From IMG/VR virus record IMGVR_UViG_3300019889_000016, positions 1-61,465 of that record: a stretch of 61,465 nt of DNA. One strand, 5' to 3'. This DNA comes from a virus. Taxonomy: Duplodnaviria; Caudoviricetes. A model generated the notes under the pieces. It made no database searches and was not told the DNA's origin. It saw nothing but the letters and a program-made list of their open reading frames with translations. Positions 54,601 to 61,465 of this stretch are shown here, in pieces (the first letter of the stretch is position 1; each line of letters starts with the position of its first letter). The position numbers and the translations under genes were made by a program.

Positions 54601-54667
54601 GCAACATCGCGGTGGCATCGTTCTCCAGCTCGGCGACCCGGCGGCGGTGCGCTTCACGCCACCCCAT
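51614..54667 (-). CDS. MuF-like head protein / 2H phosphoesterase / capsid maturation protease fusion
   Basis: ARTEV, W.STMDNRTRPTH..ADGQ, PGDP...EVINCRC (MuF); LHLTLAYLG...WVAHVCVGY (2H); HGG...VG, VSIGAD, GRIYG, SGDW (protease region). Confidence 0.8.
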   Translation of the reverse strand: MGWREAHRRRVAELENDATAMLLGAMAPILSGVAARFAVVATTAAAGDAEARASLDDLAAIQTQWGYAVDQTVLPWFGGMFEAGAEAAEEQVQAIRGVGVVIPTADPELLNHAAAQYLADTRNRFYPLGEAAWTAAREELVVGFRAGEGIDALRRRITDVVDLTAREAELLARTEVISASNMGAQARVDLMGADAPPYRQWLSTMDNRTRPTHVAADGQVVAADEQFTVGSARLRVPGDPTGPGAEVINCRCTVLFIDTPEALVAEGRQQGGVVDEVARMVAAAGPDQVDSTTGEPHTGSMVALIPADGERLLVADGEPLDALHLTLAYLGDGADIPEPVFDSLVAQIETWAADEPPVVGNVFGVAAWNTMGDTPSLVLSVGGPRLAPIHDWVTTMVGRASVAGGPGALWTMPDQHAPWVAHVCVGYGDVWDPMAVAVADEGPITFDRIRVTRGADAQDFELAGATPEEDDVPMNRAELTAAVEDAVAAAVARGGAAIEPIVINLNLTAAIDDDDPDAPSGRPVDDPEGNGPPAQAGEHLRAVMHQQGTATGLGNTGRVFTNLTYRDTPFAYHVQVHSSAHGGTPKVVPVGVVTRVVEDGDTHYGFIRLDLDSPDGWEHGRRAVAGFDRWVSIGADETAATTTLVWPAPGEMDDDPVLEEVDPNEPIEEVVIQPERVIIDGANVAELTGVSTPAQADAVLEPTDELVALMGPAPAEMVDEPMEPALAAAALATGGHVAPPDAGCGCGGSCTTCGQDRAIDDLMAGAQESHTAAALTAAAHTITLPDLPPAAWFQEPVDVDLDGAFCVTDDGRIYGLLAPYGTGHRAWAASGGRREAPRGNVDYTRFMGKWALTAEGRVHAGPVTMDCGHAPIHRADHHVAVEHYDNACSVIGAVAVGESDRLGGVWMAGAVLPGTKPDQIARALACSCSGDWQPHPDVADTAELVACLLVPVPGFARAHPTTSYRGDTLVASTVPVVHVPTAEIEASRRRAAGIATVARLSGRTPAARVLTAIKGTR

Positions 54668-56640
54668 CAGGACGCCACCCGCAGCGCGGCCAGCACCTGT
54701 TCGGCCGGCGACATCGTCGGCGCCGCGGCCAGATAGGCCTCCAGGAGATCCCAGCTGTGGACTGTCCGGGACGTGATCAGGTGCCGGGTGTAGTCGTCGA
54801 GCGTGGCCTGCAACGTGGCCGGGCACACACCCACCCGGCCGGCGTACTCGGGGACCCGTTCCCACGCGCCGTCCAGGAGCGTGTCCAACGGCCGCACACG
54901 GGCCGCGTTGCAGGCGGTGTGCATCAGGTGCGGGGGCTGGTCCAACGTGGCGTCCGTGGCCCGCTGGCGGGCTGTGACGTTACGTAGCCGGTTCCCGGCG
55001 CGTTCGATGGCCCGGCACACCAGCGCGTCGGCGGCGACGACCAGCGCGACGTCGGCCGCCCGCACCGTTGTAGGGCGCACCGCGTCCGGGACGTCGCGCT
55101 CCGATGGGGCCGGGTCGTCCGGTGCGGTATCGGGGACAGGCCCCACCTCCGGGACGGGCTCCTCGGGGTCATCGCCCACCGGCACCTCGTCGACGACGGG
55201 GGCGACCGGTTCGGGGACCTCGTCCTCGGTGAACACGCCCAGCTTGATCAGCGCCGCCCGCTGCAGCGCCGCGTCACCACCAGGCTCGGCCACCTTGATC
55301 AGCAGCCGGCGTTCCACCTCGCCGTTGTCGGGGGGCTCGACCTCGGACAGGCCGGTCTCCGACCGCAGGGCGTCGCCAGTGGCCTCGTACCGGTCATAGG
55401 CCAGCACCGTGTCATCGGAACGGTCGGGCTTCGCGGTGAAGTCCGACAGGTCGTACCAGGCGATGATCTGCTGGCCGTCGCCGTCCACGATGTTCTCGGC
55501 CTGGATCGCCTCGGCGAGGATCCGGCCACCTTCGGGCAGGTCCAGGTCGACGCCACCGGAGCGGGCCTCGCCGACCAGCGCCGGCAGCAGGTAGCCCTTC
55601 GTGATCCCGTCGCACACCAGCTCCAGGTTCGGCTGGACGTGGATCTTGACGCCTTCCTCGGCGGTGATCGCCTTGCCCCAGTGGTTCTCCTGCTCGTTCG
55701 TCAGCGCCCGCGCCGGCATGTCCATCGCCGTCGCCAACCGCTCGATCAGCTCCTGGCGCAGCTCCACGGAGTGCTCGTCGAACGGCGTCGAGAACTGCAC
55801 CAGCTTGATCTTGTCGATCCACTCGCCTTTCATACGGAGCAGGAACGGCACCACCGCGGCGGCCGACCCCCGATCCGAGATCGGGCGCGTGATCGTCTCG
55901 ACGAACTCCTTCTCGAACTGCTCCCACCCTCGGGGTAGCTCCATCTCCTGCGGCAACGGCAACAGGCCGGCGCCGGCCAGGCGGGACACGGCGGTCGCTT
56001 CGATGGCGGCGGTGAGGGTGGTCAACTCCCGTAGGATCGACATCGCACCGCGCACCGGCGAGTCCGGGCGCCAGTGGCGTTGCGGGTCGGGGCGGTGGAC
56101 CTTCACAACCAGGCCGTCGTCGAGCGGCACCCAGTCGGTCGTCAGGTCGCCGTTCTGGACCTCGTAGACGGGGCGGCCGTCGGCGCCCAGCCGGGACGAC
56201 AAGCGCACCTCGTCAGCGGACCGCACCTGCCACGTCGCGCCGCCACCGTCACGGGGGTCGTAGCCGCACATGAACCCGACACCCGGCGTCATCAGGTACG
56301 TGCCCCACGCTCGCAGCAGCGCCGACTGGCCGCCCACGCCACCGGCGAGCTGCGCCATGTAGACCGACGCGGGGTGGTCCTCGGGCAACACCTCGGGCTC
56401 GGCGCCAGGGGCACGACGGCGAGCAGCGATCAGCCGGGCGCGGCCCATCGAGTTACCCAGCCACGTCTCGGCGTGGCGCAGCTCGCCGGTCGTGTTCCGG
56501 AAGAACCAAGCGTCCGGGTGCCACGCCTCAGGGGTGGGTTCGTCCGCTCGGGTGGGGGCGAGGATCTTGGCTGCGGCGGTCGTGGCGGCGAATCGTTGAC
56601 GGCGGGCTGGTCGACGTCGGACTCGCAACAGGTCAGCCAC
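54667..56640 (-). CDS. portal protein
   Basis: AW.F....GELR, PDP......DSP, SRLAGAG.L.LP.E, SAAAVVP, ERLA..MDMP, NHW. Confidence 0.85.
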   Translation of the reverse strand: MADLLRVRRRPARRQRFAATTAAAKILAPTRADEPTPEAWHPDAWFFRNTTGELRHAETWLGNSMGRARLIAARRRAPGAEPEVLPEDHPASVYMAQLAGGVGGQSALLRAWGTYLMTPGVGFMCGYDPRDGGGATWQVRSADEVRLSSRLGADGRPVYEVQNGDLTTDWVPLDDGLVVKVHRPDPQRHWRPDSPVRGAMSILRELTTLTAAIEATAVSRLAGAGLLPLPQEMELPRGWEQFEKEFVETITRPISDRGSAAAVVPFLLRMKGEWIDKIKLVQFSTPFDEHSVELRQELIERLATAMDMPARALTNEQENHWGKAITAEEGVKIHVQPNLELVCDGITKGYLLPALVGEARSGGVDLDLPEGGRILAEAIQAENIVDGDGQQIIAWYDLSDFTAKPDRSDDTVLAYDRYEATGDALRSETGLSEVEPPDNGEVERRLLIKVAEPGGDAALQRAALIKLGVFTEDEVPEPVAPVVDEVPVGDDPEEPVPEVGPVPDTAPDDPAPSERDVPDAVRPTTVRAADVALVVAADALVCRAIERAGNRLRNVTARQRATDATLDQPPHLMHTACNAARVRPLDTLLDGAWERVPEYAGRVGVCPATLQATLDDYTRHLITSRTVHSWDLLEAYLAAAPTMSPAEQVLAALRVAS

Positions 56641-56945
56641 TACACGGGCTCCTCATCGGCGTCGTGGGGCTCCAAGATGTTGATGAGCCCGGCAACATGT
56701 GCGCACATCCCCCACACCAGCACCGGCGCCGGTAGCCCGTACCACGCCGTCGTCACCGCGGTGAGTGCCCCGGCGACCCACACGCCCATGCACCACGGGC
56801 ACGACATCAGGTAGTCCTGCCAGTCGCCCCGGGCCGCGACCCATGATCGGGCTCGGGCGATCGGCGGGAACGCGTCGGCCACCAGCAGCCGCGTCACCCG
56901 GGCCGACGTGACGGCCAACAGCACGAGTAGCAGCACGACGCTCAC
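56640..56945 (-). CDS. DUF1360-like membrane protein
   Basis: RVTRLLVAD...LMSCPWCMGVWVA. Confidence 0.75.
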   Translation of the reverse strand: MSVVLLLVLLAVTSARVTRLLVADAFPPIARARSWVAARGDWQDYLMSCPWCMGVWVAGALTAVTTAWYGLPAPVLVWGMCAHVAGLINILEPHDADEEPV

Positions 56946-57058
56946 GGCGGCGAGCGTACAACGCGGCCCGCCCACTCAGCGTGTACGCGCCACCGGCGCC
57001 CCACCCCATGGGGCAGAGCGCCGGCATACACGGACCCCGACGTAGCGGGACCCGCAGG

Positions 57059-57301
57059 TTACATCGTCGGCCGGCGGCCCGGGTCCAACCACCAGCCGCT
57101 GTTCCCCCGGATCGAGGCGGCCATCCGGCGGGCACGCCGCGCGACCGGCCGCTGCCACCATCGCCCCGCCTGGTCGGCGATGCGGTCGCATTGAGCTGCC
57201 AGACACCGCCACGACCCGCCGAACGTCTCGGGCGGCCACCCGTCGTGCGACGTCCCGCAGTCCGGGCACGGGCCGAACCAGCCGCCGTCGAGCAAGGCCA
57301 T
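57059..57301 (-). CDS. small hypothetical protein
   Basis: MALLDGGWFGPCPDCG...; coupled. Confidence 0.45.
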   Translation of the reverse strand: MALLDGGWFGPCPDCGTSHDGWPPETFGGSWRCLAAQCDRIADQAGRWWQRPVARRARRMAASIRGNSGWWLDPGRRPTM

Positions 57302-57747
57302 CAGAACGGCAGGATGGCGTCGCGCATCCAGTACGCCACCACCGGCGGCATCGACTGCAACAGCGGCTCCGGGTCGGTCGGGTACCGGCCCACGGCGCCG
57401 TACTCGGTCAGCGTGGGGACACCGGCCCGCTCCGGGTCGGTCACGTCGAGGAACGTGCGCCACGCCATGTACCGACCGGCGGCGGCGCTGAACCACACCG
57501 CGTACCAGCCGGGCTCCCCCCGCTCGTAGAACACGTGCCACGACGTCGACCCGTCCATGTGCCGGCGTTCGGTGACCTCGACCATGGGGGGCACGGCGTG
57601 GTTCGGGGATCGGCCGCCGTCGCAGTTCCGGAACCAGCCGTTGTCGACGTGGGGGTGGACCCACATGTCGCCGACCAGCGCGACGTCGAGCCCGCAGTCG
57701 GGCTGCGAGCACAGCATGCCGGTGGCCTCAGGGGTGATCGGGGGCAT
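57301..57747 (-). CDS. hypothetical protein
   Basis: AAGGAG RBS; C...C...H...C. Confidence 0.55.
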   Translation of the reverse strand: MPPITPEATGMLCSQPDCGLDVALVGDMWVHPHVDNGWFRNCDGGRSPNHAVPPMVEVTERRHMDGSTSWHVFYERGEPGWYAVWFSAAAGRYMAWRTFLDVTDPERAGVPTLTEYGAVGRYPTDPEPLLQSMPPVVAYWMRDAILPF

Positions 57748-58042
57748 CGTCCGTCTCCTTGGGTGCGGGGTCGGGGTAGTAGCGGTCGGCGTCGGCGGCG
57801 TCACGGACCAGGTCATCGAGGTGCAGGTTCTGGAGCTGGACGGTGGTCGACACGACCATGGCCGCGGCCGACGCGTGCGGGGCCTCGCCGAACAACGGCG
57901 ACCCGAGCCGGGCGCCGCGCCGTTCGACTTCGTCGGCGAACTCCCGGAGGCGGGCGGCGATGCCGGCGACGTCGCGTTCGTAGCGCTTGTGGTGGTACTC
58001 GTAGAGCGCCTCGCGGGGGGCGCCGGGACCAGGTCGGGGCAT
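57728..58042 (-). CDS. hypothetical protein
   Basis: AGGAGG RBS. Confidence 0.6.
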   Translation of the reverse strand: MPRPGPGAPREALYEYHHKRYERDVAGIAARLREFADEVERRGARLGSPLFGEAPHASAAAMVVSTTVQLQNLHLDDLVRDAADADRYYPDPAPKETDDAPDHP

Positions 58043-58056
58043 GGGGTTCCTCCTGC

Positions 58057-58275
58057 TTAGGGCCAGCCGAGCAGCTTCGCCAGGCGGGCCACGTTGTCGA
58101 ACGGACGATCCACCCGCAGCTGCGCCACCGTCATCAGCCGGTCACCATGGCGGACGGTCAGGGCGAACTCGGAGCGGGAGTAGCCGGCGTCCGCGCATGC
58201 GCCGGTGCGCCAGGCGATGCCGGCTCGGCGGTCGTAGTCGGCCCACCGGCCGGCCTCGATGGGCCACACGGTCAC
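58057..58275 (-). CDS. hypothetical protein
   Basis: VTVWPIEAGRW...; GTGA overlap. Confidence 0.5.
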   Translation of the reverse strand: MTVWPIEAGRWADYDRRAGIAWRTGACADAGYSRSEFALTVRHGDRLMTVAQLRVDRPFDNVARLAKLLGWP

Positions 58276-58574
58276 CACCGGATCAGCACCCGCTCGTCGG
58301 CCGAGAACACCACCGCGTCGGCCACCTCGGCGACGCCGTCGGGCAGGTTGCCCAACGCCTCGTGGACCATCGACGACCGGTCGATCAGCGTGACCGACAC
58401 CAGGTCGCCCAGTTGCTCGACGCGGACGGCGACCAGCGGCCGGTCCAAGTCGATGGGCACGTTGCGGCCGTCCGCTGGGGTGAGGCGGAACCCGTCGCCC
58501 TCGGCCAGCTCGGCGGCGACGCCCCAGAAGTAGTCGGCGTAGCGGTGATGGGCGGGGCGACCGGTGAGATCCAT
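58272..58574 (-). CDS. hypothetical protein (leaderless)
   Basis: ATG 6 nt after -10 TAACGT. Confidence 0.6.
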   Translation of the reverse strand: MDLTGRPAHHRYADYFWGVAAELAEGDGFRLTPADGRNVPIDLDRPLVAVRVEQLGDLVSVTLIDRSSMVHEALGNLPDGVAEVADAVVFSADERVLIRW

Positions 58575-58580
58575 GACCGT

Positions 58581-58620
58581 ACGTTACCGCGGTACGGACG
58601 GTGGGGCAAGCGCGGTAACG
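58581..58620 (-). promoter_or_regulatory. promoter plus operators
   Basis: CGTTACCGCGC-TTGCCC-N17-TAACGT. Confidence 0.75.
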
Positions 58621-58796
58621 GACCATGCTGGGCAGTCGCAGCGCCGGCACCGGCGACGCCGCCCCGGCGAGTGCCACACCTTGGCGTGATGGCACCCACC
58701 ACACGCACCCGGGCCACCGGGCACCGCCTCACCGCGGGCCAGCGCGTCGGTCGCATCCCAGTAGGCGTCGGTGCCCCGATCCATCAGATTGTCCAC
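58584..58796 (-). CDS. small Cys/His-rich protein
   Basis: CGGCHH..WH...CRRCDC. Confidence 0.5.
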   Translation of the reverse strand: MDNLMDRGTDAYWDATDALARGEAVPGGPGACGGCHHAKVWHSPGRRRRCRRCDCPAWSVTALAPPSVPR

Positions 58797-58801
58797 CTGG
58801 G

Positions 58802-59266
58802 TCAGGCTCCACCACCGGGCGCAGCGTCACCCGGCTGGTCATCCTGTCCAGCCGCGCCGCGCCGGTCGTGGTGCATCCTGACCAGAGCGTCCACGACGTC
58901 CTCCAGGCTGTCGCCCTTCGGGGGGAGGGCGAACCCGTACTCCCGGCACTGGCCGCCGAACTCCAGGCGCTTGAACTCCGGTGGCCCGGAGTCGCTGTAG
59001 ATCGGGCGCGCCCACAGGAACGCCGGGCGCTCCAGCACGAACCCGCCACGCTGACCGGTCTGCGGGTCCTCCTCCAGGACCACGAACACGGCCTCGGGTG
59101 TCGGCAGGGCCTGCCGATCCGGGTCACCGACCAGCAGATCAGGAGCGGTGTCGACCACGCGGGCGTCCGGGCGACGGCCGGCCAGCAGGTCACGGGCGAC
59201 CTGCACCATGTCGGTGCCGTCGTCCACGATGTCGACCACCAGGTGGATGCGTCGCACGTCAGGCAC
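58802..59266 (-). CDS. hypothetical protein
   Basis: VPDVRRIHLVVDIVDD...; natural composition. Confidence 0.55.
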   Translation of the reverse strand: MPDVRRIHLVVDIVDDGTDMVQVARDLLAGRRPDARVVDTAPDLLVGDPDRQALPTPEAVFVVLEEDPQTGQRGGFVLERPAFLWARPIYSDSGPPEFKRLEFGGQCREYGFALPPKGDSLEDVVDALVRMHHDRRGAAGQDDQPGDAAPGGGA

Positions 59267-59537
59267 GGTGGGCCACCACGACGTCGGCGGGCCACGTGTC
59301 GCCCGGGTAGACAGGCCAGCCATCGGTATCGACTCGCCGCAGGTCGCTGGCGGTGAACACCACGTTCCGGCCGGTGTCGGTGTGCACCCACACCTCATCT
59401 TTGTGGGCCACGTAGTGGATCTCCGCCACGACCCCGGCGCGCGATACCTCGGGCAGCTGGCCATCTGGGTCGAGCACGCGGACCTGCTGGCCGAGCAGGA
59501 TCGGCTGCCCGTCGGGGTAGCGCGGGTGTTCGATCAC
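59259..59537 (-). CDS. small SH3-like beta protein
   Basis: LGQQVRV...GVVAEI...VWV.T..G....F...DL. Confidence 0.55.
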   Translation of the reverse strand: MIEHPRYPDGQPILLGQQVRVLDPDGQLPEVSRAGVVAEIHYVAHKDEVWVHTDTGRNVVFTASDLRRVDTDGWPVYPGDTWPADVVVAHRA

Positions 59538-60004
59538 TTCGGCACCACGCCCAGGTCGCGCAGCAGGCGCAGGGCACGGCGGCCGTTCCGCCAGCTGCGG
59601 TAGGCGTCCCACGCCTCGCCCGCCATGGCCAGGCCGACAGCAGCGCCGATGATCGAGTAGGCGACCACCGGGGCGATCAGGCCACGGGGTTCCTGACCGG
59701 GCCGGAACAGCGGCGGCATCGGCGTCGGGACCGACCGGGGGCCGTCGTCGTCGGTCACTGTGCCCCACTGGGCGCTGACCAGCGTCCCGCCGGCGTCGGT
59801 CCGGTGCACGGTCCAACCCGCCGCGGCGGCAGCCGGAACGTGGTCGTTGCACACGGGCATGTCGTAGGTCACCGTCTGGTCGATCGGGCTGAGTGCCCGG
59901 TGGCCGCGCATCGGGAGCAGGCACTTGCGGCCGGTGTCGATGTGGTAGCGGCTGGGGGTGTGGCCGTCGGCGGGCCAGGCGCACAGGTGGACGTCATCGG
60001 GCAT
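59534..60004 (-). CDS. hypothetical membrane protein
   Basis: Cys/His N-domain and C-terminal TM segment. Confidence 0.55.
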   Translation of the reverse strand: MPDDVHLCAWPADGHTPSRYHIDTGRKCLLPMRGHRALSPIDQTVTYDMPVCNDHVPAAAAAGWTVHRTDAGGTLVSAQWGTVTDDDGPRSVPTPMPPLFRPGQEPRGLIAPVVAYSIIGAAVGLAMAGEAWDAYRSWRNGRRALRLLRDLGVVPK

Positions 60005-60791
60005 CGGGGGTCGTCTCCGTGGTCGGGTCGACGTGGATGGCGTCGCTCTCCGGGTACTCGCAGGCCAGGCACTGTCCATCGACGCGGGAGGCCACGTAGA
60101 GGTGCTGTTCCTCCGGTGCCCGGCCGGCGTGGACCCTGGAGAACGGGCCGGTCGTGCAACCCTCGACCTGGCAGCCGGCGCGCCCTGCGTCGTGCCGGTA
60201 GGCGTGAGGTGACAGGCCGGACAGGGGCGGGCAGTCCCGGTCGTCTTCGTGGCCGGGGCACCATCGGTCCCCGCAGCCGCGCAGGATGCGGGGCTGCGGG
60301 TCAGGCGCTGGGGCCTGGACGATGTAGCCAGGGTCCCAGCTGTCGTCGTCCAAGTCCCCACCGTCGACCACCAGCGGCAACGGCGTGACGTCCATCTCCA
60401 GGGGGTGGTGGACCGGGTGGTCGTGGGGCTTCCGGCACGCCGTTCGGTTGCACAGGTCGTCCGGGCCGGTCTCGTAGTCGTGCCACATCGTGTCCACCAG
60501 CGGGGCAGCGGGGACACCGGCGCGGAGGCGTAGCGCCTCGCGGGACACCTGGCCGGCGGTGGGCCAGGGCCAGCGTTTCGCTAGTTCGATGCGCAGGGCC
60601 ATGTCCTCGTCGGCGGCGCGGGCGTAGGTGGCGATGGCGTCGACCATCAGCGGGAGGGAGCTGGCGAGCATGTCGATGGCGTGCTGGAAGGTGACGCTGG
60701 TGGCGTAGAGCTGGCGGTGTGGGCCGGGGGTGACGAGGGCGCCGCGTAGGCGTTCTACCTGGTAGGCGGGGTCGCCGGGTTGGGTGGTCAT
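59994..60791 (-). CDS. hypothetical protein with repeated Cys/His modules
   Basis: GGAG RBS; several C..C...H units. Confidence 0.6.
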   Translation of the reverse strand: MTTQPGDPAYQVERLRGALVTPGPHRQLYATSVTFQHAIDMLASSLPLMVDAIATYARAADEDMALRIELAKRWPWPTAGQVSREALRLRAGVPAAPLVDTMWHDYETGPDDLCNRTACRKPHDHPVHHPLEMDVTPLPLVVDGGDLDDDSWDPGYIVQAPAPDPQPRILRGCGDRWCPGHEDDRDCPPLSGLSPHAYRHDAGRAGCQVEGCTTGPFSRVHAGRAPEEQHLYVASRVDGQCLACEYPESDAIHVDPTTETTPDAR

Positions 60792-60815
60792 GTGGTCTCC
60801 GGGTGAGGGTTTCAC

Positions 60816-60844
60816 GTACCGCGCTACATGTTAGCGCGGTAACG
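60816..60844. promoter_or_regulatory. tandem operator copies
   Basis: GTACCGCGCTAC-AT-GTTAGCGCGGTAAC upstream of the start at 60791. Confidence 0.6.
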
Positions 60845-61087
60845 GGTGCAGGTGGGGCAGGGGGTGTCGGGGTTGGTGGGGACGGGGAGGTGTGGGGTGT
60901 CGTTGAGGATGCGGGTCATGGCGGTGAGGGCGGCTCCGACGATGCCGGCGGGGAGGATGGGGATGCGGAGGTGGCGGGGTGCCCAGCGGCGTGCGGTGTC
61001 GTAGGCGTGCTGGTAGTGGTGCCATCCTCGGGGTGCTCGGTGGCGACGGTTGATGTCGGCGAGCACCTGGTGGATGGGGTCAGGCAC
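60824..61087 (-). CDS. hypothetical protein
   Basis: 87-aa ORF with atypical codon usage; C-terminal CPTC. Confidence 0.4.
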   Translation of the reverse strand: MPDPIHQVLADINRRHRAPRGWHHYQHAYDTARRWAPRHLRIPILPAGIVGAALTAMTRILNDTPHLPVPTNPDTPCPTCTRYRANM

Positions 61088-61274
61088 CGGGCCACCAACG
61101 GTGTCGGCGGGGTAGGGGGAGCGGGCGCATGGTGCCGGGCGACGGCGGGTGGTCGGGGGCCATGCGCCACTCGTGGGCCACCTCGGCCAGGATCGTGGCT
61201 ACCTGAGCGTCGAGGCGTCGCTGGCGGTCGGCGGTGGTGCGCCGTGTGAGCCCGGACGCGGTGCGGTCGGTCAC
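61080..61274 (-). CDS. hypothetical protein
   Basis: Coupled ORF. Confidence 0.4.
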   Translation of the reverse strand: MTDRTASGLTRRTTADRQRRLDAQVATILAEVAHEWRMAPDHPPSPGTMRPLPLPRRHRWWPGA

Positions 61275-61438
61275 TACCGGGGCACCTGCTGCTGCGCGGC
61301 GATCTCGGGTCCCCAGATGATCGCCACCTGGGCGGGGGTCCAGTCCTGGGGACGGGTCGCGATCGGGGTGGCGAGGTGCAACGTCGGCTCGCCGTTGACG
61401 TGGACCACCAGGCCGCGGCGCTCGGCGGTCGCGGTCAT
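61274..61438 (-). CDS. hypothetical protein
   Basis: MTATAERRGLVVHVNG...; ATGA overlap. Confidence 0.5.
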   Translation of the reverse strand: MTATAERRGLVVHVNGEPTLHLATPIATRPQDWTPAQVAIIWGPEIAAQQQVPR

Positions 61439-61465
61439 CGCTGCACCAGGTCCGTGCCCCATAGC

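Overview
The window looks like a near-complete, circularly permuted genome of a very GC-rich tailed phage (siphovirus type, probably with an actinobacterial host). Almost all genes are on the minus strand; a short plus-strand recombination island lies at 22.3-25.1 kb. Modules, read in the minus direction: portal, a MuF/2H-phosphoesterase/protease fusion, capsid, neck, tail and tape measure (56.6-31.7 kb); a dioxygenase/kinase/methyltransferase/glycosyltransferase cluster (31.7-28.3 kb); lysis (28.3-25.2 kb); replication initiator, DNA methyltransferase, HNH and VRR-NUC nucleases, UvrD-like helicase, ParB-like and Mom-like DNA-modification genes (22.1-10.8 kb); then accessory genes and separated terS/terL genes. 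I found no integrase, DNA polymerase or CRISPR array. The most striking feature is a full 72-nt tRNA-Gly(CCC)-like cloverleaf, with the usual glycine identity elements, inside the last 25 codons of the Mom-family adenine-modification gene. This suggests an enzyme gene that also encodes its own glycyl-tRNA co-substrate. A genome-wide palindromic operator (GTTACCGCGGTAAC-like) overlaps sigma-A-type promoters, and many genes appear to be leaderless. All calls come from reading motifs by eye; no database searches were run.
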